Origin: Mycolicibacterium smegmatis
Lineage (GTDB): Bacteria > Actinomycetota > Actinomycetes > Mycobacteriales > Mycobacteriaceae
Direction of reading: 5' to 3'
DNA length: 32,000 nucleotides
Assembly: GCF_001457595.1 (NCBI RefSeq)
Contig: NZ_LN831039.1
Location: forward strand, 3,300,001-3,332,000
Shown piece by piece: positions 9,431 to 19,252 of this stretch (positions are counted from its first letter, which is position 1; every line of letters begins with the position of its first letter). The translations under genes were made by a program, and so were the position numbers. The notes under the pieces are model-generated. The model saw nothing but the letters and a program-made list of their open reading frames with translations, searched no databases and was not told the origin of the DNA.

Positions 9431-9461
9431 GTTTCCAACGTTTCCGATCGGGCCGCACGTG

Positions 9462-10424
9462 TCAACCCCATGAGGAGAAAACCTCGCGCACGGGCCGCTG
9501 CGCGGCGAGCGCGGCCATCAGCAGCACCCGCGCCTGCGGCGGGCGCAGACGAGGCGCCACCACGGCGCCCGCGTCGGCCAGCCGGCGTCCCGGTCCGTAG
9601 TCCGGTGCGATGACGCCGCCCGGCACCCGCGTCGACACCACGATCTCGACACCGGCACGCAGATGGCGTTCGACACCCTCGGTGAGCGCCGCGCCGAGGT
9701 TGCCCGACCCCATGGCCTCCAGCACCACCCCGCGCGCCCCGGCCGCGACGCACGCGTCGAGCGCCGCGGCATCGGCGCCGGGATACCCGGCCACGATGTC
9801 GACCCGCGGTGCCGCGGCCGCCGACAGCGCACCGAGCACAGGTCGCGTCTTGTCCTCGGTGAGCTCCACAGTGCCGTCGGCCACCGTGCCGAGCGCCGTG
9901 CCCGAGAACGCGTCGAGTTCCTGCGTGTGCCGCTTGTGCAACCCGAGCGGTGCGCGCACCGTGCCGGCGAAGCACACCAGCACGCCGAGTCCGCGGGCGT
10001 CCGGGGACGCCGCGACCGCGATCGCGTCGGCGAGATTGCGCGGCCCGTCGGCCTCGGGCGCGTCCGAGCTGCGCTGCGCGCCCGTGATCACGACCGGGGT
10101 GTCACCGGTGTGGGTGAGCTCGAGCCACAGCGCGGTCTCCTCCAGGCTGTCGGTGCCGTGCGTGATCACCACACCGTCGGGCCCGCCGGGGCCGTCGGTG
10201 GCCTTCGCGACGGCCTCACGGATCGCGTCCCAGTCCGACGGGGTCAGGTGTGAGCTGTCGGTGGTCATGAGATCGACCACACTCACCGTGGGCGCCGTCG
10301 GGGCGGTCAAAGCCGCCGTCAGCTGCGCTCCGCGCCTGGTCGGGCGCCGGACGCCCGCGTTGTCGGTGCTCGTGGATATGGTGCCACCGGTGGTGATGAG
10401 GACGACTTGTGCGGACGGGTTCAC
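9462..10424 (-). CDS. ansA: L-asparaginase
   Basis: [52 protein letters not shown] signatures. Confidence 0.93.
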   Translation of the reverse strand: MNPSAQVVLITTGGTISTSTDNAGVRRPTRRGAQLTAALTAPTAPTVSVVDLMTTDSSHLTPSDWDAIREAVAKATDGPGGPDGVVITHGTDSLEETALWLELTHTGDTPVVITGAQRSSDAPEADGPRNLADAIAVAASPDARGLGVLVCFAGTVRAPLGLHKRHTQELDAFSGTALGTVADGTVELTEDKTRPVLGALSAAAAPRVDIVAGYPGADAAALDACVAAGARGVVLEAMGSGNLGAALTEGVERHLRAGVEIVVSTRVPGGVIAPDYGPGRRLADAGAVVAPRLRPPQARVLLMAALAAQRPVREVFSSWG

Positions 10425-10466
10425 GGTCGAGATTGTCCCGCACCGGCACTTTGGGATGATGGTCGA

Positions 10467-11174
10467 GTGACTGATGAAACGTCAGGCCCGGCTGAGCCGG
10501 TGACCGACGCACCCGGGGATGCCGAATCCCCCGCGCAGCCCAAGCGGCGACTCCGTCTGTTGTTGACGGTCGCCGCCGTCGTGCTGTTCCTCGACGTGGT
10601 GACCAAGGTGCTCGCGGTGCGCCTGTTGACCCCCGGCCAGCCGGTGTCGATCATCGGCGACACCGTGACGTGGACGCTCGTGCGCAACTCGGGTGCCGCG
10701 TTCTCCATGGCGACCGGATACACCTGGGTGCTCACGCTCGTCGCGACGGGCGTCGTCATCGGCATCATCTGGATGGGCAGGCGGCTGGTCTCGCCCTGGT
10801 GGGCGCTGGGGCTCGGGTTGATCCTGGGCGGCGCCACCGGCAACCTCGTCGACCGGTTCTTCCGGTCACCCGGCCCGCTGCGCGGTCACGTCGTCGACTT
10901 CTTCTCGGTGGGCTGGTGGCCCGTGTTCAACGTCGCCGATCCGTCGGTGGTGGGTGGCGCGATCCTGCTGGTCGCGCTGTCGCTGTTCGGGTTCGACTTC
11001 GACACGGTCGGCAGGCGCCGCCCCGGCGAGGACGCCGAGCCGTCGGCAGGCGCGTCGGACAGCACACCGGAGGCACCGGCGGCGGACGGCCCGGACAAAC
11101 CGGCCGGACCCGTGGGGCCCGAGGACGCCGCCGAGGAATCGAAGACCGTCGGCCACCAGGCCGAGCCGTCATAG
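10467..11174 (+). CDS. lspA: Lipoprotein signal peptidase II
   Basis: [54 protein letters not shown]; start at GTG 10467. Confidence 0.95.
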   Translation: MTDETSGPAEPVTDAPGDAESPAQPKRRLRLLLTVAAVVLFLDVVTKVLAVRLLTPGQPVSIIGDTVTWTLVRNSGAAFSMATGYTWVLTLVATGVVIGIIWMGRRLVSPWWALGLGLILGGATGNLVDRFFRSPGPLRGHVVDFFSVGWWPVFNVADPSVVGGAILLVALSLFGFDFDTVGRRRPGEDAEPSAGASDSTPEAPAADGPDKPAGPVGPEDAAEESKTVGHQAEPS

Positions 11175-12103
11175 TGGACACCCGGTCGATGCCGGTCCCC
11201 GAAGGACTGGCCGGAATGCGTGTCGACGCCGGGCTGTCCCGGCTGCTCGGGTTGTCCCGCACGGTCGTGGCGACCCTGGCAGAGGAGGGCGCGGTCGAAC
11301 TCGACGGCGCACCCGCGGCCAAGTCGGACAAGCTGGTCGCGGGCGCCTGGCTGGAGGTGCGGCTTCCCGAGGCGCCCAAACCGGTCGAGAACACGCCGGT
11401 CGACATCGAGGGCATGAACATCCTGTACTCGGATGCCGACATCGTCGCCGTCGACAAACCGCCGGGTGTCGCGGCGCATGCCACGGTCGGCTGGCACGGA
11501 CCCACCGTCCTCGGCGGTCTGGCGGCCGCGGGGTTCCGCATCAGCACCTCGGGCATCCACGAACGGCAGGGCATCGTGCACCGCCTGGACGTCGGCACGT
11601 CGGGCGTGATGGTCGTCGCGCTGTCCGAGCGCGCCTACACCGTGCTCAAGCGTGCCTTCAAGCAGCGCACCGTCGAGAAGCGCTATCACGCGCTGGTGCA
11701 GGGCCATCCCGATCCGTCGAGCGGCACCATCGACGCCCCGATCGGGCGGCACCGCGGACACGACTGGAAGTTCGCGGTCGTCGAGGGCGGGCGCCACAGC
11801 GTCACCCACTACGACACGCTGGAGATGTTCCCGGCCGCGAGCCTGCTCGACATCGAGTTGGAGACCGGGCGCACCCACCAGATCCGTGTGCACTTCTCGG
11901 CGCTGCACCATCCGTGCTGCGGTGACCTCACCTACGGCGCCGATCCGACGCTCGCCAAGCGCCTCGGCCTGGAACGGCAGTGGCTGCACGCGCGCTCGCT
12001 GGCCTTCGCGCATCCCGCCGACGGACGACGGGTCGAGATCACCAGCCCCTATCCCGACGATCTGCAGAATGCGCTCGACCTTCTGCGCCGGCACGCACTG
12101 TGA
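11174..12103 (+). CDS. RluD-family 23S rRNA/large ribosomal subunit pseudouridine synthase
   Basis: [61 protein letters not shown]; GTG start overlaps lspA stop. Confidence 0.92.
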   Translation: MDTRSMPVPEGLAGMRVDAGLSRLLGLSRTVVATLAEEGAVELDGAPAAKSDKLVAGAWLEVRLPEAPKPVENTPVDIEGMNILYSDADIVAVDKPPGVAAHATVGWHGPTVLGGLAAAGFRISTSGIHERQGIVHRLDVGTSGVMVVALSERAYTVLKRAFKQRTVEKRYHALVQGHPDPSSGTIDAPIGRHRGHDWKFAVVEGGRHSVTHYDTLEMFPAASLLDIELETGRTHQIRVHFSALHHPCCGDLTYGADPTLAKRLGLERQWLHARSLAFAHPADGRRVEITSPYPDDLQNALDLLRRHAL

Positions 12104-13014
12104 GCGGCTCGAACCGCACCGGAGTGCTCTACGGTGCAGGCGCCTACATCTGGTGGGGCCTGTGTCCCGGCTTCTTCCTCCTGCTGCTGCCCGCGGGCCC
12201 GCTGGAGGTGGTGGCACACCGCATCGTCTGGAGCACGGTGTTCCTGATGCTGGTGCTCGCTTTCGCCCGCAGGCTCGGGGATCTGCGCAGGCTGTCGCTG
12301 CGCACCTGGTTGCAGTTGCTCGCGGCGTCGGCGCTGATCTCGATCAACTGGGGCACCTACATATTCGCCGTCACCTCCGGTCACGTCGTCGACGCCGCGC
12401 TGGGTTACTTCATCAATCCGCTCGTGAGCGTCGCGCTGGGGGTGATCATCTTCCGCGAGCGCATCAACCGGTGGCAGGCCGTGTCGCTCGCGCTCGCCGT
12501 GATCGCCGTGGCGGTCCTGACCGTCGAGGTCGGTGAGCCGCCCTACATCGCGGTCGTATTGGCCGTGTCGTTCGGTGTGTACGGCCTGGTGAAGAAGGTG
12601 GTGCAGGCCGATCCGCGCGTGAGCGTCGCGGTCGAGACCCTGCTGGCGCTGCCCGTGGCAGGCGGGTACGTGATCGTCCTCGAGGTGCTCGGACGCGGGC
12701 ACTTCATCGCCGAGAGTCCCTGGCATCCGGTGCTGATGGTGCTGTCCGGCGTGGTGACCGCGGTTCCGCTGTTGCTGTTCGCCGCGGCAGCGCAGCGGCT
12801 GACCATGGTGATGATGGGCCTGCTGTTCTATCTCAACCCCGCACTGCAGATGCTGTGGGGCGTGTTCATCGGGCACGAGCCCATGCCGTTGGGGCGCTGG
12901 ATCGGTTTCGCGCTGATCTGGACGGCCCTGGCCGTCATGACGATCGGCACGCTGCGCAACCGGCGCAGCGATGCGGTCGCCGACGCCGCACAGACGCAGC
13001 CGACCCTGCCGTGA
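12100..13014 (+). CDS. rarD: RarD-type EamA/DMT family transporter
   Basis: [34 protein letters not shown] and ten hydrophobic segments; [32 protein letters not shown]; start overlaps the preceding stop codon. Confidence 0.88.
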   Translation: MSGSNRTGVLYGAGAYIWWGLCPGFFLLLLPAGPLEVVAHRIVWSTVFLMLVLAFARRLGDLRRLSLRTWLQLLAASALISINWGTYIFAVTSGHVVDAALGYFINPLVSVALGVIIFRERINRWQAVSLALAVIAVAVLTVEVGEPPYIAVVLAVSFGVYGLVKKVVQADPRVSVAVETLLALPVAGGYVIVLEVLGRGHFIAESPWHPVLMVLSGVVTAVPLLLFAAAAQRLTMVMMGLLFYLNPALQMLWGVFIGHEPMPLGRWIGFALIWTALAVMTIGTLRNRRSDAVADAAQTQPTLP

Positions 13015-13115
13015 ATCCGTGCCGCCGCCGTCAGACCGTGGCAGGTTTTGATCTTGACGGCCGCGTCAGCGTGTGTTAGCGCACTTCGGATAGCGTCGTT
13101 TGCCACAGCAGATAG

Positions 13116-13144
13116 TTGACGATGCAATAGCTATGCCATAGCGT
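13116..13144 (+). promoter_or_regulatory. Promoter of TetR gene with embedded operator-like palindrome
   Basis: TTGACG (13116-13121) - N17 - TAGCGT (13139-13144); palindrome GCTATGCCATAGC at 13130-13142. Confidence 0.6.
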
Positions 13145-13150
13145 TCGCCC

Positions 13151-13795
13151 ATGACCGAAGCTGGGCAACCACGGCCGCTGCGCCGCGCTCCTGGCCGGCC
13201 GGTGGGCGCCGATTCGGCGCAGACGCGAATGCACATCTTGCGGGTGGGGTGCGAGCTCATCAACGAACGCGGTTTCGCCGCGCTCACCTTCCAGGGGATC
13301 GCCAAGCGCTCCGGCCTGAGCCGGCCGACCCTCAACTACTACTTCGCAACCAGGGACGAGCTGTTCCACGCGCTGGTCCACGAGGGCAACGCCATCGTCC
13401 AGGAATGCCTCGCCGCGGCAAAACAGCAGGAAGACCCGCTCGAGCGGGTATGCGCCCTGCTCGACGCGATGGCCGATGCGTGGAGCGCGGACCCTTGCCT
13501 GTGCCAGTTCCTGGTCAACGCCCGGCTCGAGGCGGGGCGAAATCCCGCGCTGCCCAACGGTATCGCCACCGCGATCCGGGATTTCCTCGACGACGTGGTC
13601 GGCGACGCCATCGCAGGCGGCGCCCTGCCCGCGCACACCGATCCCGCACCCGTCGCGCAATTGCTGCACGCCATGGTGTGGGGTGCGGGTCTGTGCCTCG
13701 GATACGGCGGGACGTCGGATCCCAAACTGATAACCAAGCAACTCGAATCGGCCATCGCAGGCGGATTGCTGACCGAGTCGCGGCAGGCGTCGTGA
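13151..13795 (+). CDS. TetR-family transcriptional regulator
   Basis: N-terminal HTH RMHILRVGCELINERGFAALTFQGIAKRSGLSRPTLNYYFATRDELFHALV, variable all-alpha C-terminal domain. Confidence 0.92.
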   Translation: MTEAGQPRPLRRAPGRPVGADSAQTRMHILRVGCELINERGFAALTFQGIAKRSGLSRPTLNYYFATRDELFHALVHEGNAIVQECLAAAKQQEDPLERVCALLDAMADAWSADPCLCQFLVNARLEAGRNPALPNGIATAIRDFLDDVVGDAIAGGALPAHTDPAPVAQLLHAMVWGAGLCLGYGGTSDPKLITKQLESAIAGGLLTESRQAS

Positions 13796-13831
13796 CACGC
13801 GAATGAAAGCCGGCCGGAAAACACGCGAACG

Positions 13832-13851
13832 CGACACGCCCGAGAGTGTCG
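13832..13851 (+). terminator. Candidate hairpin between the TetR gene and dnaE1
   Basis: CGACAC (13832-13837)/GTGTCG (13846-13851), 8-nt loop GCCCGAGA, followed by GTGGGGG rather than a U-tract. Confidence 0.35.
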
Positions 13852-13877
13852 GTGGGGGCCAATAGACTGGCTGACCT

Positions 13878-16800
13878 ATGAGCGGCACAGACGGACGGTC
13901 CTCGGGGTCTTTTGTCCACCTGCATAACCACACTGAGTACTCGATGCTGGACGGCGCCGCGAAGATCACGCCCATGCTGGCCGAGGCGCAGCGGTTGGAG
14001 ATGCCTGCCATCGGCATGACCGACCACGGGAACATGTTCGGCGCCAGCGAGTTCTACAACTCGGCGACCAAGGCCGGCATCAAACCCATCATCGGGATCG
14101 AGGCCTACATCGCGCCCGGTTCCCGGTTCGACACCAAGCGCGTCACATGGGGCGACCCGGGCCAGAAGGGCGACGACGTCTCCGGCAGCGGTGCGTACAC
14201 GCACATGACGATGGTCGCCGAGAACGCGACGGGCCTGCGCAACCTGTTCAAGCTGTCCTCGCTGGCGTCGTTCGAGGGGCAGCTGGGCAAGTGGTCGCGT
14301 ATGGACGCCGAGATCATCGCCGAGCACGCCGAGGGCATCATCGCCACCACCGGCTGCCCGTCGGGCGAGGTCCAGACCCGCCTGCGCCTCGGCCACGAGC
14401 GCGAGGCGCTCGAAGCCGCGGCGAAGTGGCGCGAGATCTTCGGCCCGGAGAACTTCTTCCTCGAACTGATGGACCACGGTCTCGACATCGAGCGCCGGGT
14501 CCGCGAGGGCCTGCTGGAGATCGGCCGCAAGCTCGGCATCCCGCCGCTGGCCACCAACGACTGTCACTACGTCACGCGTGAGGCCGCACGCAACCACGAG
14601 GCGCTGCTGTGTGTGCAGACGGGCAAGACCCTCTCGGATCCCACGCGGTTCAAGTTCGACGGTGACGGCTACTTCCTCAAGTCCGCCGAGGAGATGCGGG
14701 CGCTGTGGGACAGCCAGGTGCCCGGCGCGTGCGATTCGACGCTGCTGATCGGCGAGCGGGTGCAGTCCTACGCCGACGTGTGGGAACCCCGTGACCGCAT
14801 GCCGGTGTTCCCGGTGCCCGAAGGGCACGATCAGGCGTCGTGGCTCACCCACGAGGTGAAGGCCGGTCTGGAGCGGCGGTTCCGCGGTGGCCCGGTGCCC
14901 GAGGAGTACACCACGCGCGCCGAGTACGAGATCAAGGTCATCTGCGACAAGGGATTCCCGTCGTACTTCCTCATCGTCGCCGACCTGATCAACTACGCGC
15001 GTTCGGTGGGCATCCGCGTGGGGCCCGGTCGTGGTTCGGCGGCGGGATCGCTCGTCGCGTACGCCCTCGGGATCACCAACATCGACCCGATCCCGCACGG
15101 TCTGCTGTTCGAGCGCTTCCTGAACCCGGAGCGCCCGTCCGCGCCCGATATCGACATCGACTTCGACGACCGTCGCCGCGGCGAGATGCTGCGCTACGCC
15201 GCCAACAGGTGGGGGAGCGAGCGCGTCGCACAGGTCATCACGTTCGGCACCATCAAGACCAAGGCGGCGCTGAAGGATTCGGCCCGCGTGAACTTCGGCC
15301 AGCCCGGCTTCGCGATCGCCGACCGGATCACCAAGGCGCTGCCGCCGCCCATCATGGCCAAGGACATCCCGCTCTCGGGCATCACCGACCCGAACCACGA
15401 GCGGTACAAGGAGGCCGCCGAGGTCCGCGGTCTGATCGACACCGATCCGGACGTGCGCACCATCTACGAGACCGCGCGCGGTCTCGAAGGCCTGGTCCGC
15501 AACGCGGGTGTGCACGCCTGCGCGGTGATCATGAGCTCCGAACCGCTCATCGACGCGATCCCGCTGTGGAAGCGTCCGCAGGACGGCGCGATCATCACCG
15601 GCTGGGATTATCCGTCGTGTGAGGCCATCGGCCTGCTGAAGATGGACTTCCTGGGCCTGCGCAACCTCACGATCATCGGCGACGCCATCGCCAACATCAA
15701 GGCCAACCGAGGCATCGACCTGGACCTGGAGACGCTGCCGCTCGACGACCCGGCGGCCTACGAACTGCTCTCGCGCGGTGACACCCTCGGCGTGTTCCAG
15801 CTCGACGGCGGGCCCATGCGTGACCTGCTGCGGCGCATGCAGCCCACGGGCTTCAACGACATCGTCGCGGTGCTCGCGCTGTACCGCCCCGGTCCGATGG
15901 GCATGAACGCCCACAACGACTACGCCGACCGCAAGAACGGCCGGCAGCCCATCAAGCCCATCCACCCCGAGCTCGAAGAACCGCTCAAGGACATCCTGGC
16001 CGAGACCTACGGCCTGATCGTCTACCAAGAGCAGATCATGTTCATCGCGCAGAAGGTCGCCTCCTACACCATGGGTAAGGCCGACGCGCTGCGAAAAGCC
16101 ATGGGCAAGAAGAAGCTTGAGGTGCTCGAGGCCGAGTACAAGGGCTTCAAGGAAGGCATGACCGCCAACGGGTTCTCCGAGGGTGCGGTCAAGGCGCTGT
16201 GGGACACGATCCTCCCGTTCGCCGGTTACGCGTTCAACAAGTCGCACGCCGCGGGCTACGGCCTGGTGTCGTACTGGACGGCCTACCTCAAGGCCAACTA
16301 TCCGGCCGAGTACATGGCAGGCCTGCTCACCTCGGTCGGTGACGACAAGGACAAGGCCGCGGTCTACCTGGCGGACTGCCGGCGCCTGGGCATCACGGTG
16401 CTGCCGCCGGACGTCAACGAGTCCGAACACAACTTCGCCTCGGTCGGCGACGACATCCGCTTCGGCCTCGGCGCCATCCGCAACGTCGGCGCCAACGTCG
16501 TCTCGTCACTGATCAAGACCCGCACCGAGAAGGGCAAGTTCACCGACTTCTCGGACTACCTGAACAAGATCGACATCACGGCCTGCAACAAGAAGGTCAC
16601 CGAATCGCTGATCAAGGCAGGCGCCTTCGATTCGCTGGGCCATCCGCGCAAGGGCCTGTTCCTGGTGCACACCGACGCCGTCGACTCGGTGCTGGGCACC
16701 AAGAAGGCCGAGGCGATGGGGCAGTTCGACCTGTTCGGGGGCGGCGAGGACACCGGCACCGACGCGGTGTTCACCATCAAGGTCCCCGACGAGGAGTGGG

Positions 16801-17432
16801 AGGACAAGCACAAACTCGCACTCGAACGCGAGATGCTCGGCCTCTACGTGTCCGGGCACCCGCTCAACGGCGTCGCGCACCTGCTGGCCAACCAGGTCGA
16901 CACCCAGATCCCGGCGATCCTCGACGGCGACGTCGCCAACGACGCGCAGGTGCTGGTCGGCGGCATCCTGGCCTCGGTCAACCGCCGCGTCAACAAGAAC
17001 GGTCTGCCGTGGGCGTCGGCCCAGTTGGAGGACCTCACCGGTGGTATCGAGGTGCTGTTCTTCCCGCAGACCTACTCGCTGTTCGGCGCCGACATCGCCG
17101 ACGACGTCGTGGTGCTCGTCAAGGCCAAGGTGGCCGCACGTGACGACCGGATCGCGCTGATCGCCCACGAGTTGATCGTGCCCGACTTCAGCAGTGCGCA
17201 GGCCGATCGTCCGTTGTCGGTCAGCCTTCCCACCCGGCAGTGCACCATCGACAAGGTCACCGCGCTCAAGCAGGTGCTCGCCAACCACCCCGGCACGTCG
17301 CAGGTCCACCTGCGGTTGATCAGCGGTGAGCGGATCACCACGCTCGAGCTCGACCAATCGCTGCGCGTGACCCCGTCATCGGCGTTGATGGGCGATCTCA
17401 AGGCGCTGCTCGGCCCCGGCTGCCTCGGCTGA
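13878..17432 (+). CDS. dnaE1: DNA polymerase III alpha subunit (replicative, PHP domain containing)
   Basis: 1184 aa; [22 protein letters not shown] motif, [16 protein letters not shown] catalytic Asp motif, C-terminal OB fold. Confidence 0.97.
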   Translation: MSGTDGRSSGSFVHLHNHTEYSMLDGAAKITPMLAEAQRLEMPAIGMTDHGNMFGASEFYNSATKAGIKPIIGIEAYIAPGSRFDTKRVTWGDPGQKGDDVSGSGAYTHMTMVAENATGLRNLFKLSSLASFEGQLGKWSRMDAEIIAEHAEGIIATTGCPSGEVQTRLRLGHEREALEAAAKWREIFGPENFFLELMDHGLDIERRVREGLLEIGRKLGIPPLATNDCHYVTREAARNHEALLCVQTGKTLSDPTRFKFDGDGYFLKSAEEMRALWDSQVPGACDSTLLIGERVQSYADVWEPRDRMPVFPVPEGHDQASWLTHEVKAGLERRFRGGPVPEEYTTRAEYEIKVICDKGFPSYFLIVADLINYARSVGIRVGPGRGSAAGSLVAYALGITNIDPIPHGLLFERFLNPERPSAPDIDIDFDDRRRGEMLRYAANRWGSERVAQVITFGTIKTKAALKDSARVNFGQPGFAIADRITKALPPPIMAKDIPLSGITDPNHERYKEAAEVRGLIDTDPDVRTIYETARGLEGLVRNAGVHACAVIMSSEPLIDAIPLWKRPQDGAIITGWDYPSCEAIGLLKMDFLGLRNLTIIGDAIANIKANRGIDLDLETLPLDDPAAYELLSRGDTLGVFQLDGGPMRDLLRRMQPTGFNDIVAVLALYRPGPMGMNAHNDYADRKNGRQPIKPIHPELEEPLKDILAETYGLIVYQEQIMFIAQKVASYTMGKADALRKAMGKKKLEVLEAEYKGFKEGMTANGFSEGAVKALWDTILPFAGYAFNKSHAAGYGLVSYWTAYLKANYPAEYMAGLLTSVGDDKDKAAVYLADCRRLGITVLPPDVNESEHNFASVGDDIRFGLGAIRNVGANVVSSLIKTRTEKGKFTDFSDYLNKIDITACNKKVTESLIKAGAFDSLGHPRKGLFLVHTDAVDSVLGTKKAEAMGQFDLFGGGEDTGTDAVFTIKVPDEEWEDKHKLALEREMLGLYVSGHPLNGVAHLLANQVDTQIPAILDGDVANDAQVLVGGILASVNRRVNKNGLPWASAQLEDLTGGIEVLFFPQTYSLFGADIADDVVVLVKAKVAARDDRIALIAHELIVPDFSSAQADRPLSVSLPTRQCTIDKVTALKQVLANHPGTSQVHLRLISGERITTLELDQSLRVTPSSALMGDLKALLGPGCLG

Positions 17433-17446
17433 CTTTTTCGCCGGGG
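17414..17446. terminator. Candidate bidirectional stem-loop between dnaE1 and the PPOX gene
   Basis: CCCCGGC (17414-17420)/GCCGGGG (17440-17446), 19-nt loop that includes the dnaE1 stop codon and TTTTT. Confidence 0.3.
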
Positions 17447-17454
17447 ATCTGCGC

Positions 17455-17907
17455 CTACGCGTCGAGGTCGATGCGCACGATTGCGCTGTCGTGCCACAGG
17501 TTTCGGTCGCGGGCGCGGCGCAGCTTCTCGCGCAGCGGAAGGTTGCGGTGCACATTGGTGACACCTGGGATCTTCAACAGCGGCACGATGTTCCACTGCC
17601 AGCCGTAACGTTGGTGCAGCGTGCGGTTGGCCCGCTGCGCCTCATCGTCGGCGAGAACTGTGGCGCGCCCGCCGAATCGGACGGGATCGGTGACGCGGCC
17701 GCGGTGATCGCACGGGGTGAGGGTGACCTCGGGACGCGCGGCGAGACGTTTGGTCTTGGGCCCGATCTTGGTGCGGAAGAACAGTGTTCGGCCCTGCAGT
17801 ACGAACCAGATGGGGGTGTCGACGGCGGTGCCGTCGCGGCGGCGGCTGCGAAGCAGGGCGTAACGGGATCGACGTAGCGCGTCGAGTGCATGTTCTGTCT
17901 GTGGCAT
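17455..17907 (-). CDS. PPOX-class, probably F420-dependent, oxidoreductase
   Basis: YALLRSRRRDGTAVDTPIWFVLQGRTLFFRTKIGPKTKRLAARPEVTLTPCDHRGR typical of the flavin-reductase-like split beta-barrel F420 family; ATG at 17907 preferred over TTG at 17922. Confidence 0.82.
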   Translation of the reverse strand: MPQTEHALDALRRSRYALLRSRRRDGTAVDTPIWFVLQGRTLFFRTKIGPKTKRLAARPEVTLTPCDHRGRVTDPVRFGGRATVLADDEAQRANRTLHQRYGWQWNIVPLLKIPGVTNVHRNLPLREKLRRARDRNLWHDSAIVRIDLDA

Positions 17908-17921
17908 ACCCCGAGTGAACA

Positions 17922-17941
17922 ACTTAGAGTTGGCTCTAAGT
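17922..17941. promoter_or_regulatory. MerR-type operator dyad
   Basis: ACTTAGAG-TTGG-CTCTAAGT, perfect 8-bp arms, between divergent PPOX and MerR genes. Confidence 0.7.
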
Positions 17942-17964
17942 CAAGCATGATCAGGAGACTGCAG

Positions 17965-18354
17965 ATGGCCGCGCACCTGACGATCGGCGAAGTCGCCCGT
18001 CGGGCGGGCGTCGCGCCTACGGCACTGCGGTACTACGAGAAACTCGGCCTGCTCCCGGCGCCCGAACGCATCGGCGGGCGACGGCGCTACGACGAGGCGA
18101 TCCTGGTGCGGCTCGAGGTGATCCGGCTGTGCAAGGCCGCGGGGTTCTCACTCGACGAGATCGCGGTGCTCATGGACGACGACACACCCGGGCGACCGGT
18201 GGCCCGCGCCCTCGCGGAGGCCAAACTCGCCGAGATCGACGCCCAGATCGCATCGCTGGCACGCGCCCGCAGCATCGTCGAATGGGGAATGCAGTGCACG
18301 TGCCCGTCGATCGATGAGTGCACCTGCGGAATCCACCGCACCGTCCCTGCCTGA
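17965..18354 (+). CDS. MerR-family transcriptional regulator, SoxR-like with C-terminal cysteine cluster
   Basis: TIGEVARRAGVAPTALRYYEKLGLLPAPERIGGRRRYDE HTH plus MQCTCPSIDECTCG; ATG 17965 with AGGAG upstream. Confidence 0.92.
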   Translation: MAAHLTIGEVARRAGVAPTALRYYEKLGLLPAPERIGGRRRYDEAILVRLEVIRLCKAAGFSLDEIAVLMDDDTPGRPVARALAEAKLAEIDAQIASLARARSIVEWGMQCTCPSIDECTCGIHRTVPA

Positions 18355-18776
18355 TGACGCCTACGCTGAAGGACATGCGCAGCCGACACGTCAGTGTCTG
18401 GATCGAGGCACCGCCGGACGCGGTCTACGTGTTCGCGTCGGACCCGGGCGAATGGCCAAGGTGGGCAGCGGGTTTGGCGCAGGGTGGGCTGCGGTTGACG
18501 GCAGAGGGCTGGATCGCCGATTCCCCGATGGGGATCGTGCGGGTGAGCTTCACCCCGGCCAACACCCACGGCGTGCTGGACCATGTGGTCGAGTTGCCGT
18601 CGGGGGAGCGGGTCTACAACCCGCTGCGGGTGGTTCCCGCCGGTGAGAACGAGTCGCGGTGCGAGGTGGTGTTCACGGTGCGGCAGCGGGCCGGCATGAC
18701 CGACGAGCAGTTCGACGCCGACGTGGCCGCCGTGGAGGCCGATCTGGAGAGGCTGCGCGCACTGCTGGAGCGGTGA
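18354..18776 (+). CDS. SRPBCC/START-like domain protein
   Basis: VSVWIEAPPDAVYVFASDPGEWPRWAAGL at the N-terminus is typical of the polyketide cyclase/SRPBCC superfamily; ATG overlaps the merR stop (TGATG). Confidence 0.78.
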   Translation: MTPTLKDMRSRHVSVWIEAPPDAVYVFASDPGEWPRWAAGLAQGGLRLTAEGWIADSPMGIVRVSFTPANTHGVLDHVVELPSGERVYNPLRVVPAGENESRCEVVFTVRQRAGMTDEQFDADVAAVEADLERLRALLER

Positions 18777-18780
18777 GCGC

Positions 18781-19014
18781 TCAGCGGCGGGACGTGCGTG
18801 AGGACGTCCCGAGCGCCAGCCAGGTGACGGTGGCGGCCGCGGCGGCCGAGAGCACCGCTGTGCTCGCGGTCATCGTCACGGCGGCGACCACAAGAAGGAC
18901 GACGGCACCCACGGCGAGTGCGATCAGCTTGTACGCAGGCCACGGCACCCCGGCGACGCTGATCTCGCGTTCGGTCCGGGACCCGGCGAGGCGAAAGTTC
19001 CCGGCTGCTGTCAT
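18781..19014 (-). CDS. Small hypothetical membrane protein
   Basis: 78-84 aa ORF with two hydrophobic segments (YKLIALAVGAVVLLVVAAVTM, TAVLSAAAAATVTWLALG); start codon uncertain (19014 or 19035). Confidence 0.5.
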   Translation of the reverse strand: MTAAGNFRLAGSRTEREISVAGVPWPAYKLIALAVGAVVLLVVAAVTMTASTAVLSAAAAATVTWLALGTSSRTSRR

Positions 19015-19188
19015 AGCCACCACGATAGCTCGCAAGATAGATTTCGGCTACCCGAAACACCGGATGTGGGCCTCCGGTTCGACCGGCACGTCATGCCGAT
19101 ATTTGTGCCCCTGACCGGCGAGTTCAAACCTCTGCGACCACACCCGTCCCCGCGGCCTGCGGCGCCGAACTGGCGTGCGCCCGGCCGG

Positions 19189-19194
19189 TACCCT
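19189..19194 (+). promoter_or_regulatory. Candidate -10 box for ilvA
   Basis: TACCCT, about 60 nt upstream of the ilvA GTG; no clear -35. Confidence 0.35.
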
Positions 19195-19252
19195 AAGGTG
19201 TCTCTGCTCACCTCATTTCAGGGAAATCCCTGGTTGGTGGCAGTATTGACGA

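Noticed and set aside
13515-16430. 971 aa minus-strand ORF opposite dnaE1
   Set aside because: High-GC antisense shadow ORF; low-complexity, Arg/Gly/Val/His-rich composition, while the plus-strand DnaE1 frame has clear catalytic motifs.
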